In this document: positions 19,754 through 29,719 of the stretch, piece by piece
Numbering within the stretch: position 1 is the first letter of the stretch
How the letters are laid out: every line of letters starts with the position of its first letter
Source of the DNA: Spirochaetia bacterium
GTDB lineage: Bacteria; Spirochaetota; Spirochaetia; SZUA-6; Bin103
DNA length: 64,000 nt
Assembly: GCA_965203055.1 (NCBI GenBank)
Contig: OZ241863.1
Location: 3,040,001 to 3,104,000 of the forward strand
Direction: 5' to 3'
Translations under genes and position numbers: made by a program
Notes under the pieces: generated by a model
Databases searched by the model: none
What the model saw: the letters and a program-made list of their open reading frames with translations, nothing else
What the model was told of the DNA's origin: nothing

Positions 19754-20011
19754 ATGGTCGAGAACGCAGACTCTACGGATCGAGATTTTGACCCGGATAC
19801 CGCGCCGGACCTTTCGCAGGATGGCTGGCCGGAACAATTCGCCAAGGCGGCCGTTCAACGCGGTCGGCCACCCTCCGTCCAACCGAAAGTGTCAACCACC
19901 ATCCGTCTCTCGCAGGAGGTCATAGATCACTTCAAGGCCGACGGCCGCGGGTGGCAGACGCGGATCGACTGCGCGCTGCGCGAATGGATCAAGGAGCACC
20001 AGGCCGGGTAA
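19754..20011 (+). CDS. BrnA family antitoxin (no BrnT adjacent)
   Basis: RGRPPSVQPKVSTTIRLSQEVIDHFKADGRGWQTRIDCALR. Confidence 0.88.
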   Translation: MVENADSTDRDFDPDTAPDLSQDGWPEQFAKAAVQRGRPPSVQPKVSTTIRLSQEVIDHFKADGRGWQTRIDCALREWIKEHQAG

Positions 20012-20073
20012 GGCGCGGGGCAGCTTGGTACGGATGATGCGGAAACAACGCGTTGTTTGTACTATGGGAGTCG

Positions 20074-21459
20074 ATGGAACGGGAGTTCTCGGCCTTCCTC
20101 GGCGACTGGCTCCATACCAGGCCGCGCCGCCCGCTGGTGGTCCGCGGCGCCCGGCAGGTAGGCAAGACCTGGCTGGTGCGGGATTGGGCGGCGCGGGCGC
20201 GGCGCGTCCTGGTGGAGGTGAACTTCGAGCGCGACCCGCGGCTGCGGCGCTACTTCGACCAGCCTGACCCGCGCCGCATCTTCGACGATCTCACGCTGGC
20301 GCTGGGGGTAGCGGCTGCCCCGGAGCAGGCGGTGCTGTTCCTCGACGAGGTGCAGGCGGCGCCCGAGGTGCTGGCGAATCTGCGCTGGTTCGCGGAGGAG
20401 CAGCCGGAGCTGCCGGTGGTCGCCGCCGGGTCGCTGTTGGAGTTCGGCCTTGCCGACTTCGCGTACAGCATGCCGGTGGGACGTATTCGCTACGGTTACG
20501 TGGAGCCGCTGAGCTTCGCCGAGTTCCTCGCGGCGCACGGGCAGACCGCGCTGCGCGACCGGCTGGCGCGGTGGCGCCCGGAGGAACCGCTGGCGGCCGC
20601 GGCGCACGATGCCGCCGGCCGCTGGTACGAGCGGTATGCCATGGTCGGCGGCATGCCCGGCGTGGTGGCGCAGGACGCCGCGGGCGCCCCGGCGGCGGAG
20701 TGCCGCTCCCTGCAGCGGGACCTGCTGCAGACCTATCGCGACGACTTCGCCAAGTACGCCGGCCGCACCGAGCACGGGCTGCTGGATTCGGTACTGCTCG
20801 CCGTGATCGCCGCGCTGGGCGGCAAGTTCGTCTACCGCCGGGTTGGTGACGGCGTCAAGCATCACCAGGCGAAGAAGGCCCTGGAGGCCCTGGTCATGGC
20901 CCGGTTGTGTCACCTGATTCCGCACAGCGGCGCCAACGGCGTTCCGCTTGCCGCCGAGGCCAGCGACCGCGTCCGCAAGGTGGGGTTGCTCGACGTGGGA
21001 CTGGCCCATGGGCTGTGGAACACCCCGGCGGGACGCGGCTTCCCGCGCTGGAGCGACCTCCCGCCGCAGCTCGCCGGCGGTCTGGCCGAGCAGATGGCGG
21101 CGCAGCAGTTGCGCATCGCCACCGGGAGCGCCGCGGTCACCGGGCAGTTGTTCCACTGGCGCCGGGAAGGCGGCCGCGCCGGCGAAATCGACTACTTGAT
21201 GGAAGCCGGCGCCCGCGTCGTCCCGATCGAGGTCAAGAGCGGCGCCGTCGGCGCGATGAAGAGCCTGCACCAGTTCATGTACGAGAAGCGGCTCCCGCTG
21301 GCCGTTCGGCTGGACCGCAATCCCCCGTCGCTGCAACAGGTCGACGTCCGCACCACCCTGGGGAATCCGGTTCGCTACCGGCTCCTGAACCTCCCGCACT
21401 ATCTGGCGTGGCGCGCGCCGGAGCTGGTCGAGCTGCTCGACTTCGGCGAACGCCCGTGA
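20074..21459 (+). CDS. AAA_14 ATPase with DUF4143 domain (COG1373)
   Basis: GARQVGKT, FLDEVQ, VGGMP, EIDYL..PIEVKSG. Confidence 0.88.
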   Translation: MEREFSAFLGDWLHTRPRRPLVVRGARQVGKTWLVRDWAARARRVLVEVNFERDPRLRRYFDQPDPRRIFDDLTLALGVAAAPEQAVLFLDEVQAAPEVLANLRWFAEEQPELPVVAAGSLLEFGLADFAYSMPVGRIRYGYVEPLSFAEFLAAHGQTALRDRLARWRPEEPLAAAAHDAAGRWYERYAMVGGMPGVVAQDAAGAPAAECRSLQRDLLQTYRDDFAKYAGRTEHGLLDSVLLAVIAALGGKFVYRRVGDGVKHHQAKKALEALVMARLCHLIPHSGANGVPLAAEASDRVRKVGLLDVGLAHGLWNTPAGRGFPRWSDLPPQLAGGLAEQMAAQQLRIATGSAAVTGQLFHWRREGGRAGEIDYLMEAGARVVPIEVKSGAVGAMKSLHQFMYEKRLPLAVRLDRNPPSLQQVDVRTTLGNPVRYRLLNLPHYLAWRAPELVELLDFGERP

Positions 21460-21486
21460 GACTGCGCCGGCCCCGGGCGGCTAGCG

Positions 21487-22941
21487 CTAGCGGGAAAGCA
21501 GCGCCGCGACCGCGCTCTGGTTGCGGCGGACGGCGCTTTCGTGCGGCGTTTCGCCGCGGGAATCGCGGGCCGCAAGGTCGGCCCCGGCCTTCAGCAATGC
21601 CTCGACGACGCGCTCGATGAACAGGTATTTGTCGCGCAGGTGATGGAGGGGGGAGCCGCCGTCCAGCATGGTGGCGGTAGCATACTCGGGATGCTCCGCC
21701 AAGTAGCGCTCCAACGCCTCGATCCTGCCGTCGTCGATCAGGTCGAGACCGTCGGCGCAGTGGTCGAGCAGGTAGTCGCGCATGCCGGCGTGGCCGGCGT
21801 GGTCGGCCCATCCGGCCGGCGTGGACCCGTGATTGGCCTCGCGCAACGGGCGCGCGCCGTGCGCCACCAGCACCTCCGCCGCCGCCCGCCGGTCGTGCCA
21901 CGCCGCCTGGTGCAGCGCGGTCGTACCGTCGTCCCCGGCGGCGTTCGGGTCCGCGCCGAGCCGCAGCAGACAACGCAGCGCGGCGAGGTTGCCCCGGCCC
22001 GCGGCCGCGTGCAGCGCGCCGGGGTCCTTCAGACTGTCGGGCGCCCGTTCGAGCGCGGCGCGGGCGGCGGCCTCGTCGCCGCTCATGCAGGCGGCCCGAA
22101 CCCGGTTCTCCGGGCTCAGCTCGACCGGCTCGGCGCCGGCGCGCTGCAGCATCGCGGCCACCTCCGGGAAGCCGTTCAACAACGCGTTTTCGTAGTGGGC
22201 GCGGCCGTCGTAGTAGCTGGTGCCGCGCGGGTCGGCGCCATGCCGCAGCAGCAGCGCAACCCGATCCCCGAATCCCTGGCCGGCGGCGTGGCCGAGGAGA
22301 AAGTCGAGCGTTCCGACCACGTTGTCGGTCCGCCAGTTGATCTTGGCCGCCGCGGTCAGCCCGCGCTCCAGCAGCAGTCGCAGCCAGCGGTCGTCGGGCC
22401 GGAACATCGTGTTGTAGAGCCCCTGGGCTTCGTTGGGATCTGCCCCGGCGTCGAGCAGCAGCGCGGCCAGCGCCCAGGCATGGGCATGCGGCGGCTGGCT
22501 GACGAGGCCGCCTTCCCCTTCGCCCATCGCTCCGGTCAGGGCGGTGAACCGGTAGGTGCCGTCCCACATGAAGTGCGCGTTGGGGTCGGCCCCGTGCGCC
22601 AGCAGCAGCCGCGCGGCCGCGACGGCGTCGGCGCGGGGAAGCTGCTCGGTCACCCGCGAGTAGCAGAGGTAGAGCAGCGGCGGCCAGTCGCGCGGTCCGC
22701 CCGCGGCCGACGCCCGCCCCGGCTCCTCGCTCAGGAGCTCCTGCAGCCGCTCCAGGTTGGCCGTCGCCGCGGCGCTATGCGCGCCGGCCCGCGCCAGGTC
22801 GGGCTGCGACGACAGCATCGCCCCGGCGCGGCTGATCCGCTCCGGCGAATCGTCGCCATAGGTCAGGCAGGCCAGGTCCAGAAACCGCTCCGCCTCGCTC
22901 CTGCGCGCTGCCGCGCCCAACTCGTCACTCTGTTCCGCCAA
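21487..22941 (-). CDS. Ankyrin repeat protein
   Basis: Repeated LLxxGADPN, ALHAAA, GTTALHQAA and GETP motifs. Confidence 0.88.
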   Translation of the reverse strand: MAEQSDELGAAARRSEAERFLDLACLTYGDDSPERISRAGAMLSSQPDLARAGAHSAAATANLERLQELLSEEPGRASAAGGPRDWPPLLYLCYSRVTEQLPRADAVAAARLLLAHGADPNAHFMWDGTYRFTALTGAMGEGEGGLVSQPPHAHAWALAALLLDAGADPNEAQGLYNTMFRPDDRWLRLLLERGLTAAAKINWRTDNVVGTLDFLLGHAAGQGFGDRVALLLRHGADPRGTSYYDGRAHYENALLNGFPEVAAMLQRAGAEPVELSPENRVRAACMSGDEAAARAALERAPDSLKDPGALHAAAGRGNLAALRCLLRLGADPNAAGDDGTTALHQAAWHDRRAAAEVLVAHGARPLREANHGSTPAGWADHAGHAGMRDYLLDHCADGLDLIDDGRIEALERYLAEHPEYATATMLDGGSPLHHLRDKYLFIERVVEALLKAGADLAARDSRGETPHESAVRRNQSAVAALLSR

Positions 22942-23093
22942 CTCCGCGCGCCCTCGCCGTACGCTCGCCTCAGCAAACCACTGCTACCCGGATCGGGTCA
23001 ACCGTCCGCGCCGGCCCGCCAGCCCGCCGCGCCGGAAGGCCACGCTTTGACAGGGGCGCGCGCGCCGTCGTAGCGTCCCCCAAGGAGGCCACA

Positions 23094-23786
23094 TTGGCTA
23101 CGAATTCGTCCGCCGGCTACCCGGTAAAGTTTCAAGTCGACTCCCCGGAGGGACCGAGGAACCGGCTGTCGGTGCTGCTTCGCCCGATCCTCGCGCTACC
23201 GATCCTGATCATCATCACCCTGCTGACCGGACAGAGCGACCCCAGTCAGTATGACTACGAGTCCTACCGGGGCTGGGAAGTCGCCCACCCGTGGCGCGGC
23301 GGCATGAACGACATGGGCCCCGGCATGGCGGGCGTCGGCGCGGGTCTCGGCATCGCTACGGCGCTCATGATTCTGTTCCGCCGGAAGTACCCGCGCTGGT
23401 GGTTCGACTGGAATCTGGAGCTGGCCCGCTTCAGCGCCCGGGTAGGCGCCTACCTGCTCCTGCTGCGCGACGAGTACCCCTCCACTGATGAACGGCAGGC
23501 GGTGACGCTGGACATCGCGTATCCCGACGTGCCGAATGAGCTCAACCGGGTCCTGCCGCTGTTCAAGTGGCTGCTGGTGATTCCTCATTACGTCGTTCTG
23601 GCGGTGCTGGGCGCGCTGCTGGCGCCGGTCACCTTCATCGGCTGGATCGTGATTCTGGTCACGGGCCGCACCCCGCCGTGGGCCTTTCGGTACGTGGAAG
23701 GCGTCATGCGCTGGGGACTCAGGGTGGCCGCCTACGCGTTCCTGCTGACCACCGACCAGTACCCGCCGTTCCAGTTCCGGCAGTAG
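23094..23786 (+). CDS. DUF4389 family membrane protein
   Basis: AAGGAGG before TTG. Duplicated motif NR..L.....IP / ILF..(K/R)YP.W.F....R...RV.AY..L..D.YP. TTGACA promoter-like hexamer near 23047. Confidence 0.8.
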   Translation: MATNSSAGYPVKFQVDSPEGPRNRLSVLLRPILALPILIIITLLTGQSDPSQYDYESYRGWEVAHPWRGGMNDMGPGMAGVGAGLGIATALMILFRRKYPRWWFDWNLELARFSARVGAYLLLLRDEYPSTDERQAVTLDIAYPDVPNELNRVLPLFKWLLVIPHYVVLAVLGALLAPVTFIGWIVILVTGRTPPWAFRYVEGVMRWGLRVAAYAFLLTTDQYPPFQFRQ

Positions 23787-23847
23787 CGGCGCCCCGCACG
23801 CCTGCCCCGCCCGCGCCCGCCGGCGGGGCGCGGCGCGTTGCTCCTCC

Positions 23848-24933
23848 TCAGCCTGCCCCGCCGGCAGCGAAGATGCCGACCAGCTCCGGCCGCAAGGGGT
23901 AGCGCAGCGGTTCGCCGGCGAAGTGCCGGCGCGCATCCTCGCACTGGCCCAGAAAGACGCCCCGGTGCGCGCCGTAGGTGGTGCCGGCGCGGTGCGGCGT
24001 GTGGATCACGTTGGGCAACGTTCGCCAGGGGCTGTCCGGCGGCGGCGGCTCCGGGCGGTACACGTCGAGGGCGGCGCGCAGCTCGCCGGCCGTCAGCCGT
24101 TCGAGCAGCGGCTCCTGCGCCACCACCGCCATGCGCGATACCAGCACGAAGACCGCCTCGCGCGGCAGGGCGAAGATCACCTCGCGGCTGATGATCTCGA
24201 TCGTCTCCGGGGTCGGCGGTATGGCGATGAAGAACACCTCGCTGCGCGCCGCCATGGCCGCCAGATCGGTCACCTTGCGGCCGCCCGCGGCGGCCATCCG
24301 TTCCGCCGGAACGTAGGGATCGAACGCTTCCCAGTCGGTGTCGAACGGCGCCAGCATGCGCGCCAGGTGGCGATGGATCTCGCCGAACCCGGCCAGCCCC
24401 ACGCGCCGGCCTTGCAGCCGGTCGGGGGTTTCGGGCCGCTCGGGCAGGTTCTTCGAGTTGACCCAGCCGTTGGCGCCCACCGTCTGATGCTCCTGGGGGA
24501 TGTTGCGCAGCGCGGCCAAGCCTAGCGCCAGTTCATACTCCGCCACCCACGGCGACATCACCGGCGCCGTTTCGGTGACGGCGATGCCCTGCGCCAACGC
24601 CGCGTTCACGTCGCAGAACTGCGCCTGCTGATAGTGACAGGTGGACCCGAGGTAGCGCAGCCGGGTCGCCCGGGCGAGGCGTTCGGCGGACAGGTAGCCG
24701 ATGCCCTGGCCGCCCCAGCCGCACAGCACCATGCCGTCCGCTTCGGCGAGCGCGGCATCCACCGCCGCGGCGCGTTCGGCCTCGGTCTGGTCGGGCGTCA
24801 GGTGAACGTCGACGCGCTCGGCGAAGGAATCGAGCACCTCCCCGGCGGCGCTGCTCCAGTGCCAGTGCCGGTCCAATTCCCGGCCTGAGGACCAGGGACC
24901 GAATACCACGACGATCCTGGGACGAGCCATCAT
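23848..24933 (-). CDS. D-2-hydroxyacid dehydrogenase family protein
   Basis: VGLAGFGEI (Rossmann fold), SR, AALDVY..EP, TPHRAG. Confidence 0.88.
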   Translation of the reverse strand: MMARPRIVVVFGPWSSGRELDRHWHWSSAAGEVLDSFAERVDVHLTPDQTEAERAAAVDAALAEADGMVLCGWGGQGIGYLSAERLARATRLRYLGSTCHYQQAQFCDVNAALAQGIAVTETAPVMSPWVAEYELALGLAALRNIPQEHQTVGANGWVNSKNLPERPETPDRLQGRRVGLAGFGEIHRHLARMLAPFDTDWEAFDPYVPAERMAAAGGRKVTDLAAMAARSEVFFIAIPPTPETIEIISREVIFALPREAVFVLVSRMAVVAQEPLLERLTAGELRAALDVYRPEPPPPDSPWRTLPNVIHTPHRAGTTYGAHRGVFLGQCEDARRHFAGEPLRYPLRPELVGIFAAGGAG

Positions 24934-25073
24934 CTCCCTCCTCGACGCAACCGCCCGCGCGGGCAGCGCCGGGCCGCAGTGTAGCGCGGTCTCCGGCAGC
25001 CGCCAAAGCCCCGCCCCGCGGCGGGGGGAGCGCGGCGCGGGCGGTCGGGGTTCACGCCGGGTTCACACCCGGT

Positions 25074-25949
25074 TCACGCCCCCGGCGCCGCCACCGGGAT
25101 GCCATCCCGGCACACGACCGGGAAGTGCGGGCCGGCCTTGGCCATCGGTTCGCCCACCGCCAGGTCGATGAACCCCCGCATCGGGTGATCGCGGCCGGTG
25201 AACCGGGCCGCGCCGGTCATGTAGTGAATGGCCAGCGCCCGCCGCGCCCGCGCCGAGTCGTTCTCCGGCGATCCGTGCCAGGTCAGCGAATGGTGGAAGT
25301 GCACCTCCCCGCGCTTGACGGGCCGCGGGACCGCCGCCACTTCGCGGATCTCGGCGTCCTGCGGCGGGCTGAACCCGGCGCCGATGTTGGCGAAGTCGGC
25401 GACGGTGCGCAGGTGGTCGAGGGAGTTGAGGTACTCCTGCTGGCGGTTCCCCCAGCGGTGCGAGCCGGGCACCATCCACATGCAGCCGTTTTCGACATCG
25501 GCGTCGTCGAACGGCAGCCACGCCGACACCGGCGTCATGGGATCGATGCTCGGCCACAGCGGCGCGTCCTGGTGCCAGCGGGTGGCGCCGCCGGCCCGGG
25601 CCGGCTTGTACTGCACCTGGTCGTGCCACACCTGCAGGTCGGCGAAGCCGGTCAACTGGCTGATGCCCCGGACGATGGCGGGATGGTACATGAGCCGTTC
25701 GAAGGCCGGCGACGCCTCCCAGATGTTGAGAATCTGCCACACCGGCCGTTCCGGCTCGAAGGCGCGGTACAGCACCGGGCGCGGAGCGCCGGCGGCGAAG
25801 CCGTCCGGCCCGACGGCGATGATGCGGTTCACCTCGGCCGACAGCTCATCCAGCTCGGCGTCGTCCAGGAGCCGGCCGGCGTTGAGGAACCCGTCGCGCC
25901 GAAAGGAGCTGACCTGTTCGGGGCTGAGCCCGGCGAAGGTTGTCGGCAT
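25074..25949 (-). CDS. Phytanoyl-CoA dioxygenase (PhyH) family
   Basis: WHQD, ENGCMWMVPGSH, HGS..N.S...RRA. Confidence 0.9.
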   Translation of the reverse strand: MPTTFAGLSPEQVSSFRRDGFLNAGRLLDDAELDELSAEVNRIIAVGPDGFAAGAPRPVLYRAFEPERPVWQILNIWEASPAFERLMYHPAIVRGISQLTGFADLQVWHDQVQYKPARAGGATRWHQDAPLWPSIDPMTPVSAWLPFDDADVENGCMWMVPGSHRWGNRQQEYLNSLDHLRTVADFANIGAGFSPPQDAEIREVAAVPRPVKRGEVHFHHSLTWHGSPENDSARARRALAIHYMTGAARFTGRDHPMRGFIDLAVGEPMAKAGPHFPVVCRDGIPVAAPGA

Positions 25950-26010
25950 CTGTCACCTCCTCGATTGCCGGAGTCTGCGGCCTAGGCAACCACCGGCGCA
26001 AGTGCCCGCC

Positions 26011-26640
26011 GGCGCACTTCCGATTTGTTGGTAGACCCTCGGTTTCAGCGACGGCGCGGGAGCTGGTGGAGCAGGCGTCCGGCAAGAGCAGCCGGCAGGT
26101 GATGCAGTTGCTGGCCGAGGTGGACCCGGAGCTGGCGGCGTCGGCGGATCGGGCGCGGCCCCTGGGCGGCGGGCGCTGGGAACTCAAGGCGGTGATCGAC
26201 GATGAGTGCCGGCGTGGCTTGGAGCGGCTCAAGGAGCTCCTGTCCCACGTTGATCCGCACCTGCCGTTGGGGCAGCTCATGGGGCGGCTGGTGCGGGAAG
26301 GGCTCGACCGCCACGACCCGGCCCGGCCGCCGCGCGGGCGGCGCGCCGCGCCGGCCAAAGGAGCCGAGCAAACTTCGGCGGCGAAGACGCGGCGCCTCGG
26401 CCGGCAGGCTGCGACGACGGGCACGGCGCGGGCTGCGCCGCCGGCGCGGACCGAAACTTCGCCAGCGAAGACCGGCGGCGCGACCGGGGCCGCTGCCGCT
26501 ACGTGGACCGCACCAGCGGGCGCCGCTGCGGCTCCCAACACCTGCTGCAGATCGATCACGTCGTGCCGTCATCTTACACTGGGACTTGGGCTTGGCCGCC
26601 AAGCGGCCTGACGCTTACCTACATTTTGGAAATGCGCCCC
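26011..26640 (+). mobile_element. Internally deleted copy of the HNH unit (both ends retained)
   Basis: Blocks near-identical to 30200-31193 are joined by deletions; TIRs at 26011-26033 and 26616-26640. Confidence 0.75.
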
Positions 26641-26799
26641 ATGACAGACGTCCGCTTGCCGTCAAGGCATCAAGCGAGCACGCTGATTCGGTTTGACGCC
26701 CAGACGGGCGGTGAGTCGATGCCGCGCTTGGGCCTTGAACCTTGAACAGACCACTTGCCCATACGTACCAAACGTGAGATATTGATACGTAGCAGCGTC

Positions 26800-27063
26800 A
26801 TGAGCACGAAACTCACCCTGAGCGTCAACGCTACGATCGTCCAACGGGCGAAGGAGTTGGCGAGACGGCGACGAACGAGCCTCTCCGGACTGGTTGAGGA
26901 GTATCTCCGATTTGCCAGCGCCGGCCTTGATGAGCGGCCCGCCGTCAGCAGCCGAGTTCAGGCGGTTGCCGAATCACTGCCGATGCCGCCGGACGCTACC
27001 TACGATCGCTTGCAGGAGCAGTACCTGCGGGAAAAGCTACTCGGTGCGGAAGATTCTGCTTGA
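26800..27063 (+). CDS. DUF6364-like RHH antitoxin
   Basis: MSTKLTLSVN..IVQRAKELA....TSLSGLVEEYL; overlaps the PIN gene; ATACGTA occurs twice upstream. Confidence 0.8.
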   Translation: MSTKLTLSVNATIVQRAKELARRRRTSLSGLVEEYLRFASAGLDERPAVSSRVQAVAESLPMPPDATYDRLQEQYLREKLLGAEDSA

Positions 27064-27508
27064 TTCCGACGTCATTCTGGACCTGTTCGTCTCGCGCGAA
27101 CCGCATCACACGGTCGCCTTGCATTTCTTCTCGTGCATCGATCTCGAGCGAGACACCATCAGCGCAACGGCGTCGCCGGTGGCTATGGCCAACGTCGCCT
27201 ACGTGTTGGCCAAGTTGAAGAATCAGGCATTTGCGGTGGGTAAACTGCGCGAACTCAGAACCATGATCGGGGTGTCTCCCATCAACCAAACGGTCGTGGA
27301 CCGTGCCCTGGCACGTCCGCATCGTGATTTCGAAGATGCCCTGCAACGAGAATGCGCGCTGGAGAATGGGATCGAGATTCTCGTGACTCGCAACACCCGC
27401 CACTATTCCAAGACCGACGTCGCTATCCTCTCACCGGCTGACTTCTTGCAGCTTCACGGCGCCGCGCTGGCGCTCATAGGCGGCGGCGGACCGGACAGAC
27501 CGACCTAA
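27044..27508 (+). CDS. PIN domain toxin (VapC-like)
   Basis: ILLDSDVILD, DFEDALQ, LVTRNTRHY. Confidence 0.88.
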   Translation: MRKILLDSDVILDLFVSREPHHTVALHFFSCIDLERDTISATASPVAMANVAYVLAKLKNQAFAVGKLRELRTMIGVSPINQTVVDRALARPHRDFEDALQRECALENGIEILVTRNTRHYSKTDVAILSPADFLQLHGAALALIGGGGPDRPT

Positions 27509-29543
27509 TCCGCCAGCCGAACCAGAAGCTGCTTGCCCTCCAGCGTTTGGCGCGCCCAATACAGGTTCTGGTATTGATCGTAGCCGCCCTCGCTCTCTGC
27601 CAACCTTGCCGCGCCGGTCGCGGTGGTACCGCCGGACGGCGCTGCCCCGAAGGTCACGGTTGGAGCAGTCGTGTAACCGCTCCCACGGTCCGTGATCGTC
27701 ACCGACGCTACGCGCAGCGCCGCAGTGCCGGCGGCCGTGGCGCCGGCACCCGGCGCCGCGCCAAAGGTCACGGTTGGGGCAGTGGTGTAGCCGCTCCCAC
27801 GGTTCATGACATTCACCGACGTGACGCGCAGCGCCGCAGTGCCGGCGGCCGTGGTGCCGCCGCCCGGCGCCGCGCCAAAGGTCACGGTTGGGGCAGTCGC
27901 GTAGCCGCTCCCGCGGTTCGTGATCGTCACCGACGCTACGCGCAGCGCCGCAGTGCCGGCGGCCGTGGTGCCGCCGCCCGGCGCCGCGCCAAAGGTCACG
28001 GTTGGGGCAGTCGCGTAGCCGCTCCCACGGTTCGTGAGCGTCACCGACGTGACGCCGGTTTGCAGCACTGCGGTGCCGGTGGCCGTGGTGCCGCCGGACG
28101 GCGCCGCTCCGAAGGTCACGGTTGGGGCAGAGGTGTAGCCGGCCCCCGCGTTCGTGAGCGTCACTCCCTCTACTCTGGTCGTCCGTAACGTCGCGGTGGC
28201 GCTCGCGCCGGTGCCCCCTCCTCCCGAAAACGATACGGTTGGGGCAGAGGTGTAGCCGCTCCCCCGGTTCAATAGGATTATGTTCACCACACTACCGGAA
28301 CTTATCGTCGCCCATCCGATTGCCCGGGTGCCACCGGCGGCCTGCGGAGCGCTGAACGTTACGGTTGGACCAGACGTGTAGCCGTTCCCCCCGCTCGTGA
28401 GCGTCACCGTCCCTACTTCTGATCGCAGCGTTGCGGTGCCGGTCGCCGTGGTGCCGCCGGACGGCGCTGCTCCGAACGTCACGGTGGGAGCGGACGTGTA
28501 GCCGTTCCCCCGGTTCCCGATCGTCACTGACGCGACGCCGCCGGGCCCCACCGCGGTGCCGGTGGCCGCGGTGCCGCCGGACGGCGGTGCGCTGAACGTC
28601 ACGCTGGGAACCGACGCGTAGCCGCTTCCCGCAGTCCCGACCGTCACCGCGTCGACGGCGCCCGCCGCGGCGCCGGTCGCCGTGGTGCCGCCGGACGGCG
28701 GCGCGCTGAACGTCACGGTAGGGACGGAAGTGTAGCCGCTTCCTGCGGTCCCGACCGTCACGGCATCGACGGCGCCCGCCGCGGCGCCGGTCGCCGTGGT
28801 GCCGCCGGACGGCGGCGCACTGAACGTCACGGTGGGAGCGGATGCATATCCGCTTCCTGCGGTCCCGACCGTCACGGCATCGACCGAGGCCACCGCGGTG
28901 CCGGTTGCCGTGGTGCCGCCGGACGGCGCCGCCTCGAACGTCACGCCGGGAACGGACGCATAGCCGCTCCCCGGGTTCGCTATCGTGACCGCCTGAACCG
29001 TGCCGACGGCGCCCGGCTCGATCGTGTCGGAGCCCGACTGATCCGGGGCGGTGAGCGCCAGTACCACTGCGCCCGCCCGGACTTCCGGGGTGACCGTCCA
29101 CTCCGCGCCGGTGAGGTCGGACGCGAAGACCGGCTTGGCGCTCGTGGTCGTGAACGGCAGCGGGTGCCCGCCGATCGACACCTGCACCTTCTCGCCCTCG
29201 CCGCCGGTGATCCGCTCCCAGGCATACGGCGCGGAACGGTTGGTCGTTGCGCTCAGCAGGTCCGCGCCGTCACCAAAGTCAGCCGCGCTGATCGTCCAGC
29301 TCTTCTCGGCCGGCTGGGCCGGCTGCGGGGTTGGCGGCGGCTCGCTCGGCGGTTTACCCCCCCCCCTTGGGCCGGGTCGGCGGTCGCGGCGGGCGGGCCC
29401 GCCGCCTGCGCGCAGGCCATCAGCATGGCGATACCGGCGGCCAGCAACAGCGATACCAGCGACGCTCTGCCCAAGATTATCCTCCTGCCGGGCGGTTGGT
29501 CCCAGGCGGCGGCACGGTAGCACGCGCTCCCCAAGCTGTCCAT
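27505..29543 (-). CDS. Surface lipoprotein with 12 GSGYxxxPTVTF repeats, frameshifted at a G10 tract (29357-29366)
   Basis: The upstream frame from ATG 29543 gives a hydrophobic signal ending LMAC. The downstream frame gives a Pro-rich linker and the repeats. The two frames join only if the tract is G8 or G11. Confidence 0.7.
27600..29005 (-). repeat. Tandem coding repeats, about 114-126 bp x 12
   Basis: Units of VxxVTxxxxGSGYxxxPTVTFxAxPxGGTTAxGxA; units 2-4 and 9-11 are near-identical at DNA level. Confidence 0.92.
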
Positions 29544-29684
29544 CCCCACATCGCTCGCTCGCTGCGGGGCGCACTTCCAATTTGCTGGTACCGATCCCGG
29601 CAGCAGCATCTGACGGAACGTCCAGCCGCTTGGAAATGCGCCGCCGAGTCACGCCCGCAGGTGGCATCTTCCGGGCCGAATAAC

Positions 29685-29713
29685 TTGACTCAAGTAGTTT
29701 CCATGATTATACT
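29685..29713 (+). promoter_or_regulatory. Sigma70-like promoter, probably leaderless
   Basis: TTGACT-17 nt-TATACT-6 nt-ATG(29720), with no SD. Confidence 0.75.
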
Positions 29714-29719
29714 TATATC

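Noticed and set aside
25048..25085. Three GGTTCAC(G/A)CC repeats at the PhyH stop
   Set aside because: Too short and local; no other copies noticed and no function can be supported.
27600..29005. Tandem repeats as a CRISPR array
   Set aside because: Units are in-frame coding repeats with synonymous variation, no unique spacers and no cas genes.
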